DNA from: Squalus acanthias
Lineage: Eukaryota
Direction: 5' to 3'
Assembly (NCBI GenBank): GCA_030390025.1
Contig: CM059432.1
Span: 67,520,001 to 67,584,000 of the forward strand
Length of the DNA stretch: 64,000 nt
Under the pieces are notes generated by a model that had not been told where the DNA came from, made no database searches, and worked only from the letters and a program-made list of their open reading frames with translations. The translations under genes were made by a program, and so were the position numbers. Numbering within the stretch: the first letter of the stretch is position 1; the number at the start of each line of letters is the position of its first letter. This document shows positions 11,506 to 24,060 of this stretch, one piece after another.

Positions 11506-13269
11506 TATCTCTCCACAGATGCTGCTGACCTGCTGAGTATTTCCAGCATTTTCTGTTTTTATTTCAAGGTACTTACCCAATTTGGCGAGGTGTATTCCTG
11601 GAATGCGAAGGCGCACTTTGTGAGCACATCATTGCTTGATTAGCTCTAATGAGCCTTTCTATTTCAGTGATACCAACTCAAAAAGCTTTTTTATTTCTTC
11701 AGTGTTCTATATTTTTAAAAAATGGCATGATCAAATTTTTCATGTTCCAAATGAAAATGCCATGAAATGAGTAATAATTAATAGCAATGTGTGCACATTT
11801 TCTAAACTGTGCTGACCTCGCTGTGACAGCAGTGTTTGTCGATTACATTAAAGGACAGAAAATGAAGCTCAGTACTTTTCTGGGCACAAGCTACACATTC
11901 ATCAGTACGCCTGCAGTACTAAATTGCTTGACATCCCTTCTTGAAGACGAATGTAAAGGCTGACAATGAGAGTATATATTATTTGAAATGGGCTTTGTAC
12001 ACACGGCCATTCACCATTTGCTTTCACTTCATGTTTGTTAACGACCACACTTATAAACAGATGTCCCTCAGTGAATACAAATTACCCATCACTATGGTTA
12101 CAGGTCACATAGCAGACACGATACTAGCGTAACTATAATGCACTGTGCAAGAAAATAATATGAAATGCATTGAGTTAAAATTGGTTGTTATGGTAACGGA
12201 CTGCAGTTTCTGCCAACCTACATACTTTTTTGATAGGTGTCTGCAAACTAATAAATCATAATTATTCGTGACTGATTTATTATCTGAGAAGAGGTTGCCT
12301 GTAAGTACAATTTTTCTTTACTTTAATATAACTGTTCCAAATCATTAACTGCTTTATAAAAGTCCCGAATGTTGAAAACACTCAAATTAGAGCTTCGGCA
12401 AAGTGGTTCAATAATTTTCAAATATGGAAATCATCCAAATAATAAATAAAACTTTTACTAAATTATGGATCTTTATAAGCCTTGTTAGTACAAATTCATT
12501 GGTACATTGAACAAGCGTTCCCTAATTTAGTGCTACTGGTAGTCTGACCAACTTTCTTTCTCTTTATTTTCATTTTTAAGGAGATTATCAGCACTATTGT
12601 TGAATAAGACAGTAAGGCAGCGTGAATTGACTCACTTCAAAATGTTTGCTCCTTTCATGTGAGGAAGCTGCCTCCCTTGAGAGTACAGATTAGATTGTAA
12701 TTAAGCTTTCTGGGATTCACAATTGCCAACAAATTAATGTCCCACCAGTCTGTGCTACAATCAACCCACTAGGCCCCCATGCCACTTAATTACCTTTTTT
12801 TCCAATGCTTTTACTACTAGAAACCTTAAGTTACTTTGGGATGCTGAACATAACGTGATAAGATGATAGGAATATTGGTTGCAACTTTACCTTTTTGGTT
12901 GGGAGCACATTTGTTCTTTGTGATGTAAACGCTGTTTTATTTTTTAGAAAGAATGAATCCTTATTTACAAGTCATTTTGTGCTTCCATTTTGCTTTGAAT
13001 TTCTGAGGCCACAGGAACCAACTATGAGTGGCATGGCCTTTGCAAAAGCAACTCCAAGTAAGCTATAGGATGGGTGCAAGGGCAGCCCAGGAGGACATTT
13101 TTTCTGATTTGCCCTTTCCCTCTAACAAGAAAGATCCCAATATACTGCTCAGAAATCCACAATAAAATGGCTGAGACAGTGGACTCAGCAGTGTGGGGAG
13201 AGATAACAGATATAAATCTACCTCCCACTACTCTACGGCACTGTACCTTGGAGCACTTGAACAGAAAGA

Positions 13270-14690
13270 AACCAATGGAGTGTGAAGACCAGTTGAATGT
13301 GAAGTTTAGTGTTAGCAGGTGCTCAGCCGTAGTTTGCAGTAAGTCTAAAATTATATTTGAGGGCTTAAGTCACTAAGTTGTTGTGTTTGTTTTTTTTAAA
13401 CTTTTAAGAGAAAATAGTTATAATTTAGTGTTGGGGGACAACTGAAGCCCATGATATGTGGTACCCGTACGATGTGGGAGATCCTGGATGCTTTGTGTGT
13501 CCAGGATCATCACACGTCAGGGAGTGTCTCTGACTGCTTGCCCTCAAATTTAAAGTTTATGATCTTGAGAAGCAACAGGGCAAATTCTGTCAAATACGGG
13601 GTGCTGAAGGGTCTTTGGAATGCAAATTTCAGGAGGTAGCTACTCCACAGACAGAGAGAGCTGGTGAGGAAGGGAAGTGGGTGATCATCCATCGAGGTAG
13701 GAAGAGGAGACAGGAGGCAGTGCAGGGATCCCTTGAGAGTGTTGAATTGACACACAAGTTCCAATACTTAATTCAGGTAGTTAGTAAATGCACAAAGTAT
13801 TCAGAATAAAATTAGTGAGCTAGAGGCACAAATTACTATAGGGGTATTTAACAGACACATGGCTTAGACTAGGTCATGACAGGGAGCTAAACATTTATGG
13901 ATACAAAATGTTCAGGATGGGTAGAGGGTGGAAAAAAGGCCAAATTTAATGATAGATTTCATTACAGACCAGAACATAAGGATGGATTTGGGACTGGAAA
14001 AAGCTGAATTCATTTGGTTAGGGTTAAGGAATAATAATAAGAACAATAACACCTTACATTTATGTAGTACCTTTAACCTTGTTAATTGTCCCAAGGTGTT
14101 TCACAGGAGCGTTATCAAACAAAATTTGACACAAGCCTCATAAGAAGATATTAGGACCAAAAGCTTGGTCAAAGAGTTTGGTTTTAAGGAGCATCTTAAA
14201 GGAGGAGAGAGAGGGAGAGAGGCAGATAGGTTTGCGGGGAGGGCAGAGTTCCAGAACTCAGGGCCTAGGCTGCTGAAGAACGGAACTAAATACCAGTGAC
14301 AGCACAACAATTTGGAGGAAGACAATCATGGATAATGCCAGGGTGCTGTGGAGCAAAGGATTGTTGGGGGAAGGGAATAAAAAGTAAATGGGGGATTCCA
14401 TTGTCAGAGGAATAAACGGGCACTTTTCACAGCCAAGAGACCTGAATGGTGTGCTGGTTCCCATATTGCAGGATGAGAGATATAACAGAGCGTGTGCAAA
14501 AGATTTTGGAAAAGGATGGGGTACAGCTGAAAATTGTGTTTCATATTGGTAGTAATGACACAGGAAGCGTTGAAGTTCCACAAAGGGCATTTCAGAAATT
14601 AGGAGATAAGTTAAAGAGGATGATCTGAAGGGCATGAATTTCAAGATTACTACTAGTGCCATGTGTTGGTCAGTACAGGAGTAGTAGGAA
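13270..14690 (+). mobile_element. Degraded CR1 5' region / ORF1 (SGNH-esterase type), interrupted by L2
   Basis: 'GDSIVRG', 'RDITERVQKIL..IVFHIGSNDTG' esterase motifs of CR1 ORF1 at ~14390-14570; resumes at ~15875-15945 ('WLEKWCRGEGFRFLGH'). Confidence 0.65.
14031..14280 (-). mobile_element. L2 LINE 3' end
   Basis: Homologous to the 3' ends at 42901 and 46354; reverse translation 'LGPEFWNSA..'; simple-repeat tail. Confidence 0.75.
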
Positions 14691-15870
14691 CATACTCAGT
14701 AGGCCATTCTCAGCCCCTTGTGCCTGTTCCGCCATTCGATTAGATTATGGCTGATCTGTATCTTAACTCCAATTTCCCATCTTGGTTCCATGGGGGAAAA
14801 ATTGGGTTGGTTTGCACCTCTCGTTAGTGCTCCCGGGCGCACTAACGGGGTGCAAATCCCCTAGCGCGGCGCCACTAACGCCTCCCGCGAAATTCAGCGG
14901 GAGCTTAGCGGTGGTGGTAGACGGTAGCGCCCTGCGGTGCTGCGCCACCAGTGATGACGTCATCGCGTGCGCAGTGCCCCGCTTGCGCCCTGGCCACAAA
15001 TTTCCCTTGCGCCCCCTGACCTATCGCCACGCGATATGTGAGATAGGATCAGGGGGTGGTTTGACAGCGGCGGTGGCGCTACTTAAAGGGCAGGTGTTGG
15101 GTGGCCATTTTTATTTTGGCTGACTGCCAGCACCTGCCCCCTTTCACTTTTTTATGCGGGGTGCCGGCCGCGATCGCTCAGCCCAGCATTCCTCTTGAGT
15201 GCTGGGCAGTTTTCACGGCACCCCGCTCCCCGGTGGTCCAGCAGGGCCCCGGTGCGTGCAGCACTAGGCCCCTCCCCTTTAATCAGGGGAGGAGGTCTGC
15301 AATGACACGGCGCTACGTACGCGGCAGCACGAAGCGCCGTGAAATTCAGTAGTACCGCCTCAAGCAGGAGGTGGAGTGCTTTCCAATAGCGCCCCACCTC
15401 CTGCTTGGAGTGCTACTACCGAATTTACGGCGGAGAGGCGCTAACTTTTTTGGGGTGCTAAAATTAGCGCCTGGGCGATGTTAGCGCCCCAAAATGAGTG
15501 CCACCCAATTTTCCCCCCCATATCTCTTAATACGCTTGCCTAACAAAAATCTATCAATCGCAGTTTTTTAATTTTCAATTGACCTAGCCTCAAAAACATT
15601 TTGGGGGAGAGAGTTCCAGATTTCCACTACCCTTTGTATGAAGATGCTTTTCCTGACATCACCCTGAACGGCCTAGCTCTAATTTTAAGGTTATGCCCTG
15701 TTGTTCTGAAATAATTTTTCTCTATCTATCCTATCAAATCCTTCACTTATCTTAAACACCTCAATTAGATCACCCTTAATCTTCTGTACTCTTTTTAATC
15801 CTTTTAGCCTCGGTATTATTATGGTGAATCTGTGCTGCACCCCCTCCAAGGCCAATATATCCTTTGAAGT
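14690..15870 (-). mobile_element. CR1 3' fragment (reverse), interrupted by MITE 14792-15518
   Basis: 'KDILALEGVQHRFTIIIPRLKGL..KGDLIEVFKI..GFDRIDREKLF' and CR1 3' UTR. Confidence 0.8.
14792..15518 (-). mobile_element. GC-rich Harbinger-type MITE (family M)
   Basis: TIR GGGGGAAAAATTGGG / CCCAATTTTCCCCCC; TSD CAT (14789-14791, 15519-15521); reverse homolog of 10619-11347. Confidence 0.85.
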
Positions 15871-16048
15871 AAGATAAGCAAGATAAATGTGTGGCTGGAG
15901 AAATGGTGTAGGGGGGAAGGGTTCCGATTCCTGGGACACGGGGATAAATTTATTCATCCATTTAGAGTCGCACTTTTTGAATCTATCCTTATTGATTTTA
16001 GGTATGTATTTAACCTGGATGCTCATCATTATGCCTTTAAAGGTATAA

Positions 16049-19000
16049 GGGCTCATTTTCCTGGGTATGGCATCCCAGGACTACCTAAACGGGAGTGGAA
16101 GCAGATTGGAAATTTGAGAGGAGAACCATAACATCAGGTCTCTTCTCCCATAGTGCTGCCCTTTAACTTCCTGCAATGTTAATTTTAGAGGTATGCATCG
16201 CTTCACCAGAAGCAGGTGCTGGAATGGAAATTGAAAGGTTATGCCATATTTATAATGCTATGATGACCTGCAACATGACTTCCTGGTTTTGCAACGACTA
16301 ACCATCTTATCAGCTGGTATAAAGTTATTTACGGCCAAGAAAGGAGTGTTCAAGTTGCAGCCTGCTAGACTGTTGATCAGCCTGTGAATCCTTCGACTGC
16401 TTCACACTATCCTCCAAGGGAAAAGTGTCAACATATGAAAAACAAACAAACCATAGCACTCAATTTCTATGGCAGTAGAGGTTTTGATGGGACCATCAGG
16501 GACATAGATTTTATATCCCAGTAGCCTCTACATCAATGCAACCACCAGCTCACAGATGCCTTGCTCACCAAAGCAAATCAAGACATCTTATTCTCCAGTG
16601 AGCCAGTGAGCAGTAAACATGTGCCTTTGGCTTTTACCGACTCGCTGGCATGCCCAATGTGTAGAACATGATAGATGAGACCCTTGTGGTCCTGTGTGCT
16701 CGCTCAGAGAGCAGTGCCCCTTACAGGAATCTAAAGGGGTATTATTCCATTAATGTCCAGCTAATGTGTGTCTGCAGATGAATGTCAGGTCTCTGGTAGT
16801 TTTCACAATGCCTTCATCCTCAGACAATCCATCACTCCAACGTTGTTTGAAAAAAGTCAAGGAACAAGGGGTTGGTTGCTAGTGTACCTTGAATACCCAC
16901 TGTTGCTGTAATGTCACTCCTGATGCTCAGTCTAATAAAGTGGAGAAGTGATATAATGAGGCTGATGATTCCACCAGAGTAGCCATTGGCATTCTGCAGC
17001 AGAGGTTCTGATGCTGGGTCGCTCTGGGAAAGGTATCCAGGATCATAGCAGCAACCTGTGTGTTCCATAACATAGAAATTGACAGGGCATCCAACTGGAG
17101 GATCCTGAAGTGGAGCGGCCGGAGGAAGAGCAGGGAATTTGCCAGGTGAGGAAGACAAGGCTCCTGAGAGCCCATAGGACACTCAGATTTCTATGGCTGA
17201 ACCATCTGGAGAAATCTCATTCTGGAAACTTTCTCTTAAACATGTCGTCCAACATAACACCTAGATTCCATCCCTCCCTCTTGACCTTCCTCTGCAATAA
17301 AACATTCTTGGAAAAACCTATACAGAATCCATCCACAGTCCCTGTCACCATTATTCTATTTCATCTGCAACAGAAACATTGACTTCTGTAACAAAAAGGG
17401 CTGTGCACACAGCATAATCTGTAGCCAACACATTTATTGCACAGATATCCCATTTGCAACTGTCAACCTAATTTTTTCCAACACAGTGCTTCCCTTTCTA
17501 ACAGTGGACATAGCTAACTAGTCTGGTGTTTTTTCTAAGTAGTTCCCCTGAGGCAGAAACAGGGCAGGAGGATGGCAGCTGTCTGTCAGTGTCAGCTCTA
17601 GGCTCCAAGGTGGCACTTGGTCTCCATGAGCTTGCACACTACATGGACCAGTACTCATGTACTGCAGCGGGACAGCCTCGCCTTACCATCCTTCAAACTC
17701 CTATGCAGTCAAGGAGATTAAGTTGAGAGCCATAGAAATGAAACCATCTGGAGAGAGAGCACCAACATGCACTGTCTGTTCCAACCTGCTGTTTTTCTCA
17801 GCTTCTATGACACTCTGCTGATCTGAGGGTTGAGAAACCCCAGAACAGGAGCAGCAATATGCAAAGCAGCCACTATTTCCCTCCTCGTTTCAGCAACCTC
17901 TTCCGCAAGCATGTCCATTGAGGTGATCACAGTGCAGGTGAAGGCTTGCATTGCAGCAATTTGATCATTCATGGGAGAACCTAAGACTAGCCTCAGCTGT
18001 GAGGGGCTATGTAGAAGATGGCCCTGGAGCTGTCACATGCTCTAACATGTCTCTATGCTTTCTATACCATTCATCAGACCCCACACATGTGGGATATAAA
18101 CTTCCACACTTATCACCATGTTGTGGAAACTGCAACAGACTATTATGCTCTGAAAACATTTTTCTTTTGAAAGCAGGAGATCTGCATCCACTGCCTGTGC
18201 TGCTGATGGAGGAGAGGCTGTTGTCGTCAGATGAGGGGCTCCTCTTCTTCCTGCTCCTGCTCTTTTGTGCTCAACACTTCAGTACTCACTTCATACTCTC
18301 TATCTATATCCCCAAGTGGAGGTAACTTGGCTGCTGTATGCCGAGTCTTAGGGTTCTGCAGGTTTTGTGGAGGCATCTGCTTGCTGTGCTATTCCTGTGA
18401 AGACAGAAAGAATGATACTCATTAGAGCAAATGCAGATTGAACTTAGAGTATACTCGACCATCTATATCATCACTTTCATCTTCTAGGGAATGTTATCAA
18501 AGTTGATATTGTTTCTGATGATTACTAGGATTGGGAAGAAGGGAAGGCAAGAGACCAAAGATTCCTCAGTAGGGATTTGCCCTGTGTTCTGTGCTTGCAC
18601 CTGTAGATCCCTTTCCTCAAAAAATGAGTACTTCCTGGATTGGAGCAGGTTCTCCTCTGGGAGTGGTGGCCTGTCTTCTGTTAAAAACCACTTTCTCCTG
18701 TAGAGACATATGAGGCTTTCATTACTAACAGTATCAGGGCACCCTAAAACAATAGTTGAGTCATCTCCCTAAGCATTAAGAAGAAGCTGTAGTGAGGTAG
18801 CAGTTGCTACTGCTTAATACTGTTTCATGCATTAGGTTTCAAGTACTTGTGTGGAGTCTATGTAAATAATCCTAATTGGGCAGGAGATTCTGCAGGCTTA
18901 CATCATGTAATTCAAGTGAGGAAATAACATTGTATGATAGGATATACTAGAGTGTTGCGAAGGGGCTTCCAAACAGCTTTATATATGTATAATAGTCCAC

Positions 19001-19404
19001 AATTACTTTGCCCTTCCTTTTGATGTCATTATTTTTTTTCTGCATTGCATCCATGTCTTGTGGACAGTGCTGCTAGAGTCAGGCGCCTCTTGCCATGCTC
19101 TGTGTGCCACAGCCTTGAGTACCTTCCTCCATGGCAGGAAGACAAGGCATTGTTCCTTTGCTCCATTTCTTGCAGCGGCTGCTTCATGACCTCATCATCA
19201 AAGCAGGGTGTCCTTATGAGACCAGCCCTCCTATCTGACATAGTGATAGATTATACACTGGCGCCAGGAATTTCCTTGGGGCTTCTCCCAATTGAAAGCC
19301 ATAACTTTGATGGTCGATTTGCAGAAGCTTCAGATAAACCACGTAAATGGGATTTCACCAAAGTTACAGTGGCTGATTAGGAGCACCCCCAGGAAATTTC
19401 CATG
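16049..19404. mobile_element. Ancient two-gene Harbinger fossil (transposase + strand ~16400-17200; Myb-like gene - strand from 19241)
   Basis: + strand 'AFGFYRLAGMPNV*NMIDETLV..YRNLKGYYSINVQLMC..HNAFILRQS..GWLLV'; - strand 'MSDRRAGLIRTPCFDDEVM..AWQE..KTWMQCRKK'; convergent layout as at 36718-40978; termini approximate (GGGCTCATTTTCCTGGG / CCCAGGAAATTTCC). Confidence 0.65.
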
Positions 19405-19589
19405 TGTAATTTTAAATTAGTCACAAAATCTTTCTCCTTGGCACTTTCGCATTAAAAATGATCTGCCTTCAGAAATAATTTTATCAGAAACACTCCAGTA
19501 TATTTGGATATAAGTTAGAGGGTTACAACATATTAGACTTTGCTCAGGCTACAGTGTTTCATCGCCTGCAAAAGCATAGCAGCTTCCCA

Positions 19590-19950
19590 AATTATTGGCT
19601 GGCTACTGGGTGACAAGGGCTATCCACTTCAGACTTGGCTCATGACTCCTATTAGGAACCCAGGCACAGCTGCAGAGCTGGCCCACAACGAGAGTTATGC
19701 TGCCACCAGAAACATTATCGATCAGAGAGTTAGTGTGCTTAAGCAGCGCTTCAGGTGCCTGGACCGTTCAGAAGGAGACTTGCAGTACAGGCTTGAGCGG
19801 GTAACCAGATTTGTGGTCATCTGCTGCATGCTCCATAATTTTGCGATCATAAGGGACCAGACCGTACCACCACCTCAGTAGCAAGAACTGCAGCAGGAGC
19901 AGGAGAAGGAAGAGCAGCATGAAGAGGAGGAAGAGCAGGAGCAGTATCGA
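19590..19950 (+). pseudogene. Harbinger transposase C-terminal fragment
   Basis: '[55 protein letters not shown]' followed by acidic tail. Confidence 0.85.
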
Positions 19951-19997
19951 GCTTCAGTGTCCCTAGCTACTAATAAAGGATGATGTAAGGACAGTAG

Positions 19998-20435
19998 TGT
20001 TGTGGAAATCACCACTCGGAGTCAGACTTAAAGATTCAACATGCAGTTTATTGAACAAAGCTTTGGGAGAAGTAGTGCACACAGTCACTCCTTCTCAATT
20101 TTAAAATGGCTGTTGTGCTTCTTTTTATACATTCCACAAGCACAGCAGTCTTGGTTAGTTACACTTTAGCCAATTATTCCCCCCTAGCAACAATGACCTC
20201 CAATTACATTCCTTTAAGAACAACCGTTATCTGGACCTTGGTGGTCTGGCTTTTGTCTATTCTGTAGTTTCATACAATAACAGGTTGTAGCTCAAGGTTA
20301 GTTCGTTGTGGAATGTCTATGCCTAAGTCAGCACATTTTAATGTCTTTCCACAGAGTCCATTTTGTTTCACAGAGTCCATTTTGTTTCACAGAGTCCATT
20401 TTGTTCCAGGTAACCATCTCACTTTTACTCCAACA
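19998..20435 (-). repeat. ERV 3' LTR (438 bp)
   Basis: Direct repeat of 25674-26059; on the - strand TATAAAAA (20122-20129) and AATAAA (20047-20052); three 19-bp tandem units CACAGAGTCCATTTTGTTT in U3. Confidence 0.97.
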
Positions 20436-20447
20436 ATTCCCCCTTTT
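20436..20447 (-). promoter_or_regulatory. Polypurine tract
   Basis: AAAAGGGGGAAT on the - strand immediately before the 3' LTR TG. Confidence 0.9.
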
Positions 20448-20567
20448 GGTCCTGGAGGATGTTCACGAAATCCAGATGACCAAACGACCTCTATGTATAT
20501 ATATATATATATATCTTTGGGGAATCCACCTCCCTGGTGTTCCGCACATATGACTCCAAGTCACTCT

Positions 20568-21411
20568 TCACAGGTACCTGTCTAGGTCGCCCTCTCCTTC
20601 CTTGGCGTCTTCGGGTGTTCCCATTAGATGTTCTCCTTCGGTGACCACGCTGGCCCCTGGCACAATCCGAGCCATCATGACTTTACAGCAGATATTAAAA
20701 CATCCGATAGTCAAGCAACAAGCAATTATTATTACAACAAGAATAATTAGTCCATGCATTAAATAAGAAACCCATGATCCCCCAAACAACCATTCCCACC
20801 AGTTTGCTCCTGCGGTTTTGTGTAACTTCCGAACTTCCCTCTGTATGTGCTCAGCCAAATCAGTTATATTTTCTGAACTGTCAGGAATGTATGTACAGCA
20901 CTCTGTCCCAATCAATGCACATGTTCCCCCTTTTTCTGCTAGGAGGTAATCAAGTGCCATTCGGTTCTGTAGCGTCACTGTCCTTATCGTTACCATCTCG
21001 GCGTTAATGTCTATCTCTCGTTTATAACGATAGGCTGGGTGTTCCTTGAGGTTTAGGCAGTGATGTACAAAGGGTACGACATACCCCAATGAAGTAAGTG
21101 TTATTATAGGCTTCATACCTACTCCATATGTTATTCATTATCATGATTTTACCCTTCCATGGCCCCCCACTGGTTATGTTTGGAATTGTGCTGAGATTCC
21201 ACGTCCCATACGTGAAGGTTGCACCACTGTACCCACTCCTGGTCACCTTTAATTCATATTCCTGCTCGCATTTACTCCAATCCAATGTGAAGCAAATCAG
21301 AATGATGCATAATGCCCAGACCAATCCCCTTACCAGGGGCCATTCCCATTCTGTATACGGTATCCACTCTTCCTCACTCCTTATACCCGGTATTTGTTTT
21401 GTTGCGTCCAT
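20568..21411 (-). pseudogene. env: Gamma-type (class I-like) env, internally deleted
   Basis: Signal-like 'LVWALCIILICFTL', furin site RYKR, ISD 'LQNRMALDYLLAEKGG', CX6CC 'CALIGTECC', HR2, TM 'YLMHGLIILVVIIIACCLTIGCF'; fusion peptide missing between RYKR and the ISD; frameshift in a short SU. Confidence 0.93.
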
Positions 21412-21443
21412 TTCTACACTGGTGAAGGGTTATAGGTCTTTAG

Positions 21444-22145
21444 CTAGGGCCAGTGTTTCCACCTTCCCATTCCCTTTATATCAATACAGGCACACGTGTC
21501 TCCACTGATAAGGGCTTGATAAGGACCGGACCACCTTGGGGCAAACCCCTGCTTTGCAGGCAGGACCTTAACCATTACTTTCGTTCCTGAAGAGGGAACG
21601 TTTGTTAACGCAGTCAAGTCTAAATTTTTATCCGTTTCTTCCTGTCTTTCTCTAACCTGCTGTCTCATTTCTTTTAACTGCTTGCTTAATTCAAGGACAT
21701 ACCGGCGGATCCTGTCCTGTAAGGGTCCTAGTTCCTCTCCTCCCGTTATAATTCCATAAGGGAGTTGCATTGCTCGCTCTGTCATTAATTCATAGGGAGA
21801 TAAGCCTGTCGTTCGATTAGGGATAGCTCGTAATTTCATCAGGACTGCGGGCATTTTTACCGGCCGTCCTGGATTATATTGTGCACACGTTAGGCACCTC
21901 TGACAGGATTTTGCTACATCCCTCCCTACACCTGGCCACCACCATTCTTGTTCTATTAAATGAATCATTGCCCCCCTTCCAGTGTGGTCACTGCCGTGGT
22001 GTAAGTTCAAGAGCGTTTGCCGAATGCAAACGGGGGCTATTACTTTCCCGTTTTTCTGCAAAATCCCTTCTTCATCTTCTCTGCCTCCTACACGATACCA
22101 TCCCTGCTTTTCTCCAGGCGGGGTGTCCTTGTGTAATCTTTTAAT
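21444..22145 (-). pseudogene. pol: Retroviral integrase remnant (HHCC zinc finger + C-terminal GPY), DDE core deleted
   Basis: 'HHGSDH..WWWPG..CQRCLTC' jumps directly to 'PAVLMKLRAIPNRTTGLSPYELM' and 'PRWSGPY'. Confidence 0.9.
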
Positions 22146-22590
22146 TGGCTTATGTATCTTACTACATAGGTTACATATATCAAATACACTATCATTACAA
22201 GTTGGAGAACTACCAGAGCGTGTGAAATAATACAAATCTAAGGGTGTGCTGATATATTAAGCCCAATATCCCACCAGTGTGAGTTGTCCTCTATGTTGTC
22301 AATTTCAATATCTATTCTCGAGTTGTCTTCTTCCAAAACATAAAAATGCTTTAGGGAGGAGTTCAGTCGCATCATGAGCTCACTGGTACCCTTAGACAAC
22401 AGGGGAATGTAGTATCCGAATTGTGCCACATAATTGTGTAGCTCATACTTAAAAACATGTTGGTTGATGGGACAGGTCCTGTTAGACCCATAAAGCATGG
22501 TAATTGCGGTAGTGGTGACACAGGAGGCACCACCAAAATCACCTCATACTGGATTCGTACTGGTTTTCCCCACGCTCTGTTACCTACAAA
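22087..22590 (-). pseudogene. Second membrane-glycoprotein (env-like) C-terminal remnant inside the pol region
   Basis: 'LMMRLNSSLKHFYVLEEDNSRIDIEIDNIEDNSHWWDIGLNISAHP*ICIISHALVVLQLVMIVYLIYVTYVV': heptad-like stretch, sequons NSS and NIS, WWD, TAG (possibly from TGG), then ~25 hydrophobic residues. Confidence 0.6.
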
Positions 22591-24060
22591 ACACAATTAT
22601 TACAGTCACAGTTAAATTCAGTCTTACAATCATTTCAAGCGACATTACAGTTTAACATCTAGTCAACAAATCATGGACTTAAAAGATTCTCCAGATCTCT
22701 CTTTTACTCATATCCATCTTGTGGATAATTCTTACTAAACATGATTTCTCCTTAGCCCTCAATTGTCCCAATCCAGATTCCATGTAACTCTCCACTTCAA
22801 CTTCAATTTCAATCCCTCTAACAGGTACCAGTATATTTAACTCTATTCTGATTGTTTCATTAATTAGATAGTTTCTCGACGGAGTATGTGTCAATGCTTT
22901 AAAAGTTGTCTCGCTCTCCTGAACCACATTAACCATTTCATGTTTTGCTGTTATCAAGTAACTGAGCATGTCTGAGACCCGTTCTTCAGTGCAGATTCAA
23001 CATACATTCCCGGATGGCAACTGCCTCACATGTAACAAATCACATTTGCACACTCATATCGGTATCTCCATATCATGCCATATGTGCCTTTCTCGGGCCT
23101 TCAGGTATCTTATCAAAAGATTGTCTGGAGGTCTTTGTTCATCTTCCTCTGCATGGTCCCGATGTCTTTGATAGTGGCCAGGCTATCAAATTCAGTTTTC
23201 TTAAAAAGTTCATTATAGGCAAGGACACAAATGTCTCCAAGAGAAAGCTACCAATTTACTATTCTTAGCTACTCTTTCCTAACTTTCACTAGAAAGTTTT
23301 GAAAATTCCCCTTCAGTAGTGTAATTCTCCTGTTTTAATCTTACACCTTCAATCACTTCCCTTTAATTACCATTCATATCTCATTCATGAGCCCTGGAGA
23401 AACTTTACTGTCCAGTACAATATTTAAGCAACAAATCATAGATCAAACATTCTCACTTGGTCCAAGTTATTAACGTTTTTTTATTTATCATTATTTTAGA
23501 GGATCTTTTATTTTCCCAAAAGTAACCCAATATATAGTGCCTGAGTCCATTTTGTCATTTCAAAATTATCCCGAAATCCAAACAGCAGTACTGTTGAACT
23601 GACAGGTTTTGTCAATGTTCAATTTCATTTCTATAACTTAAACAGCTGTCAGTGGAAAGGGTTAACTCCTTTGCAGGGTTTTTTTTAAGAAGGCGGAGCG
23701 AAACATTGTCAGACGCACGCAATTGCGTCATTTCACGTAACTGAACACGAACAGAACAGAAAAAACAAAACAAACCAGTACATGCTTGTAGAAAACCATA
23801 AATTACATCATATTTCTTATTGTCCTTCCTTCAGATGCCTTTCCAAAATACTGTAAAAACATTGAATATAACTGGAGAAAAATTAGTTTTCACATTTCAG
23901 CAAATCAAATCAAACTGCTTTGGAAGATTTCACCATAGCAACCGCGACTCCAAGGTTAGATCTTAGACCGAAACTTAATCTTTTGTTAAACAAGCTTCTT
24001 GTTCTTCTCAGTTTTACACACCAGCTTAACTTAAATTGTAGTTCAAAGTTTTTTTTCTTG

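Larger units (their letters stand above)
8945..11561 (+). mobile_element. Penelope-like element (RT + GIY-YIG endonuclease + pLTR), 5'-truncated, with two nested insertions
   Basis: 'QIKGVAMGTRMGPSYA', 'RYIDD', 'LPFLDFSV', 'YKPTDSHSYL', GIY-YIG 'LVYCIRCSRCGLLYIGET..RFAEH'; 13-bp direct repeat TTTCAAGGTACTT at 8932-8944 and 11562-11574. Confidence 0.92.

Noticed and set aside
20350..20406. 19-bp tandem repeats (also ~25974-26030) and 24-bp repeats at 25078-25150 as a CRISPR-like array
   Set aside because: Head-to-tail with no spacers; they are ERV U3 and leader repeats in eukaryotic DNA
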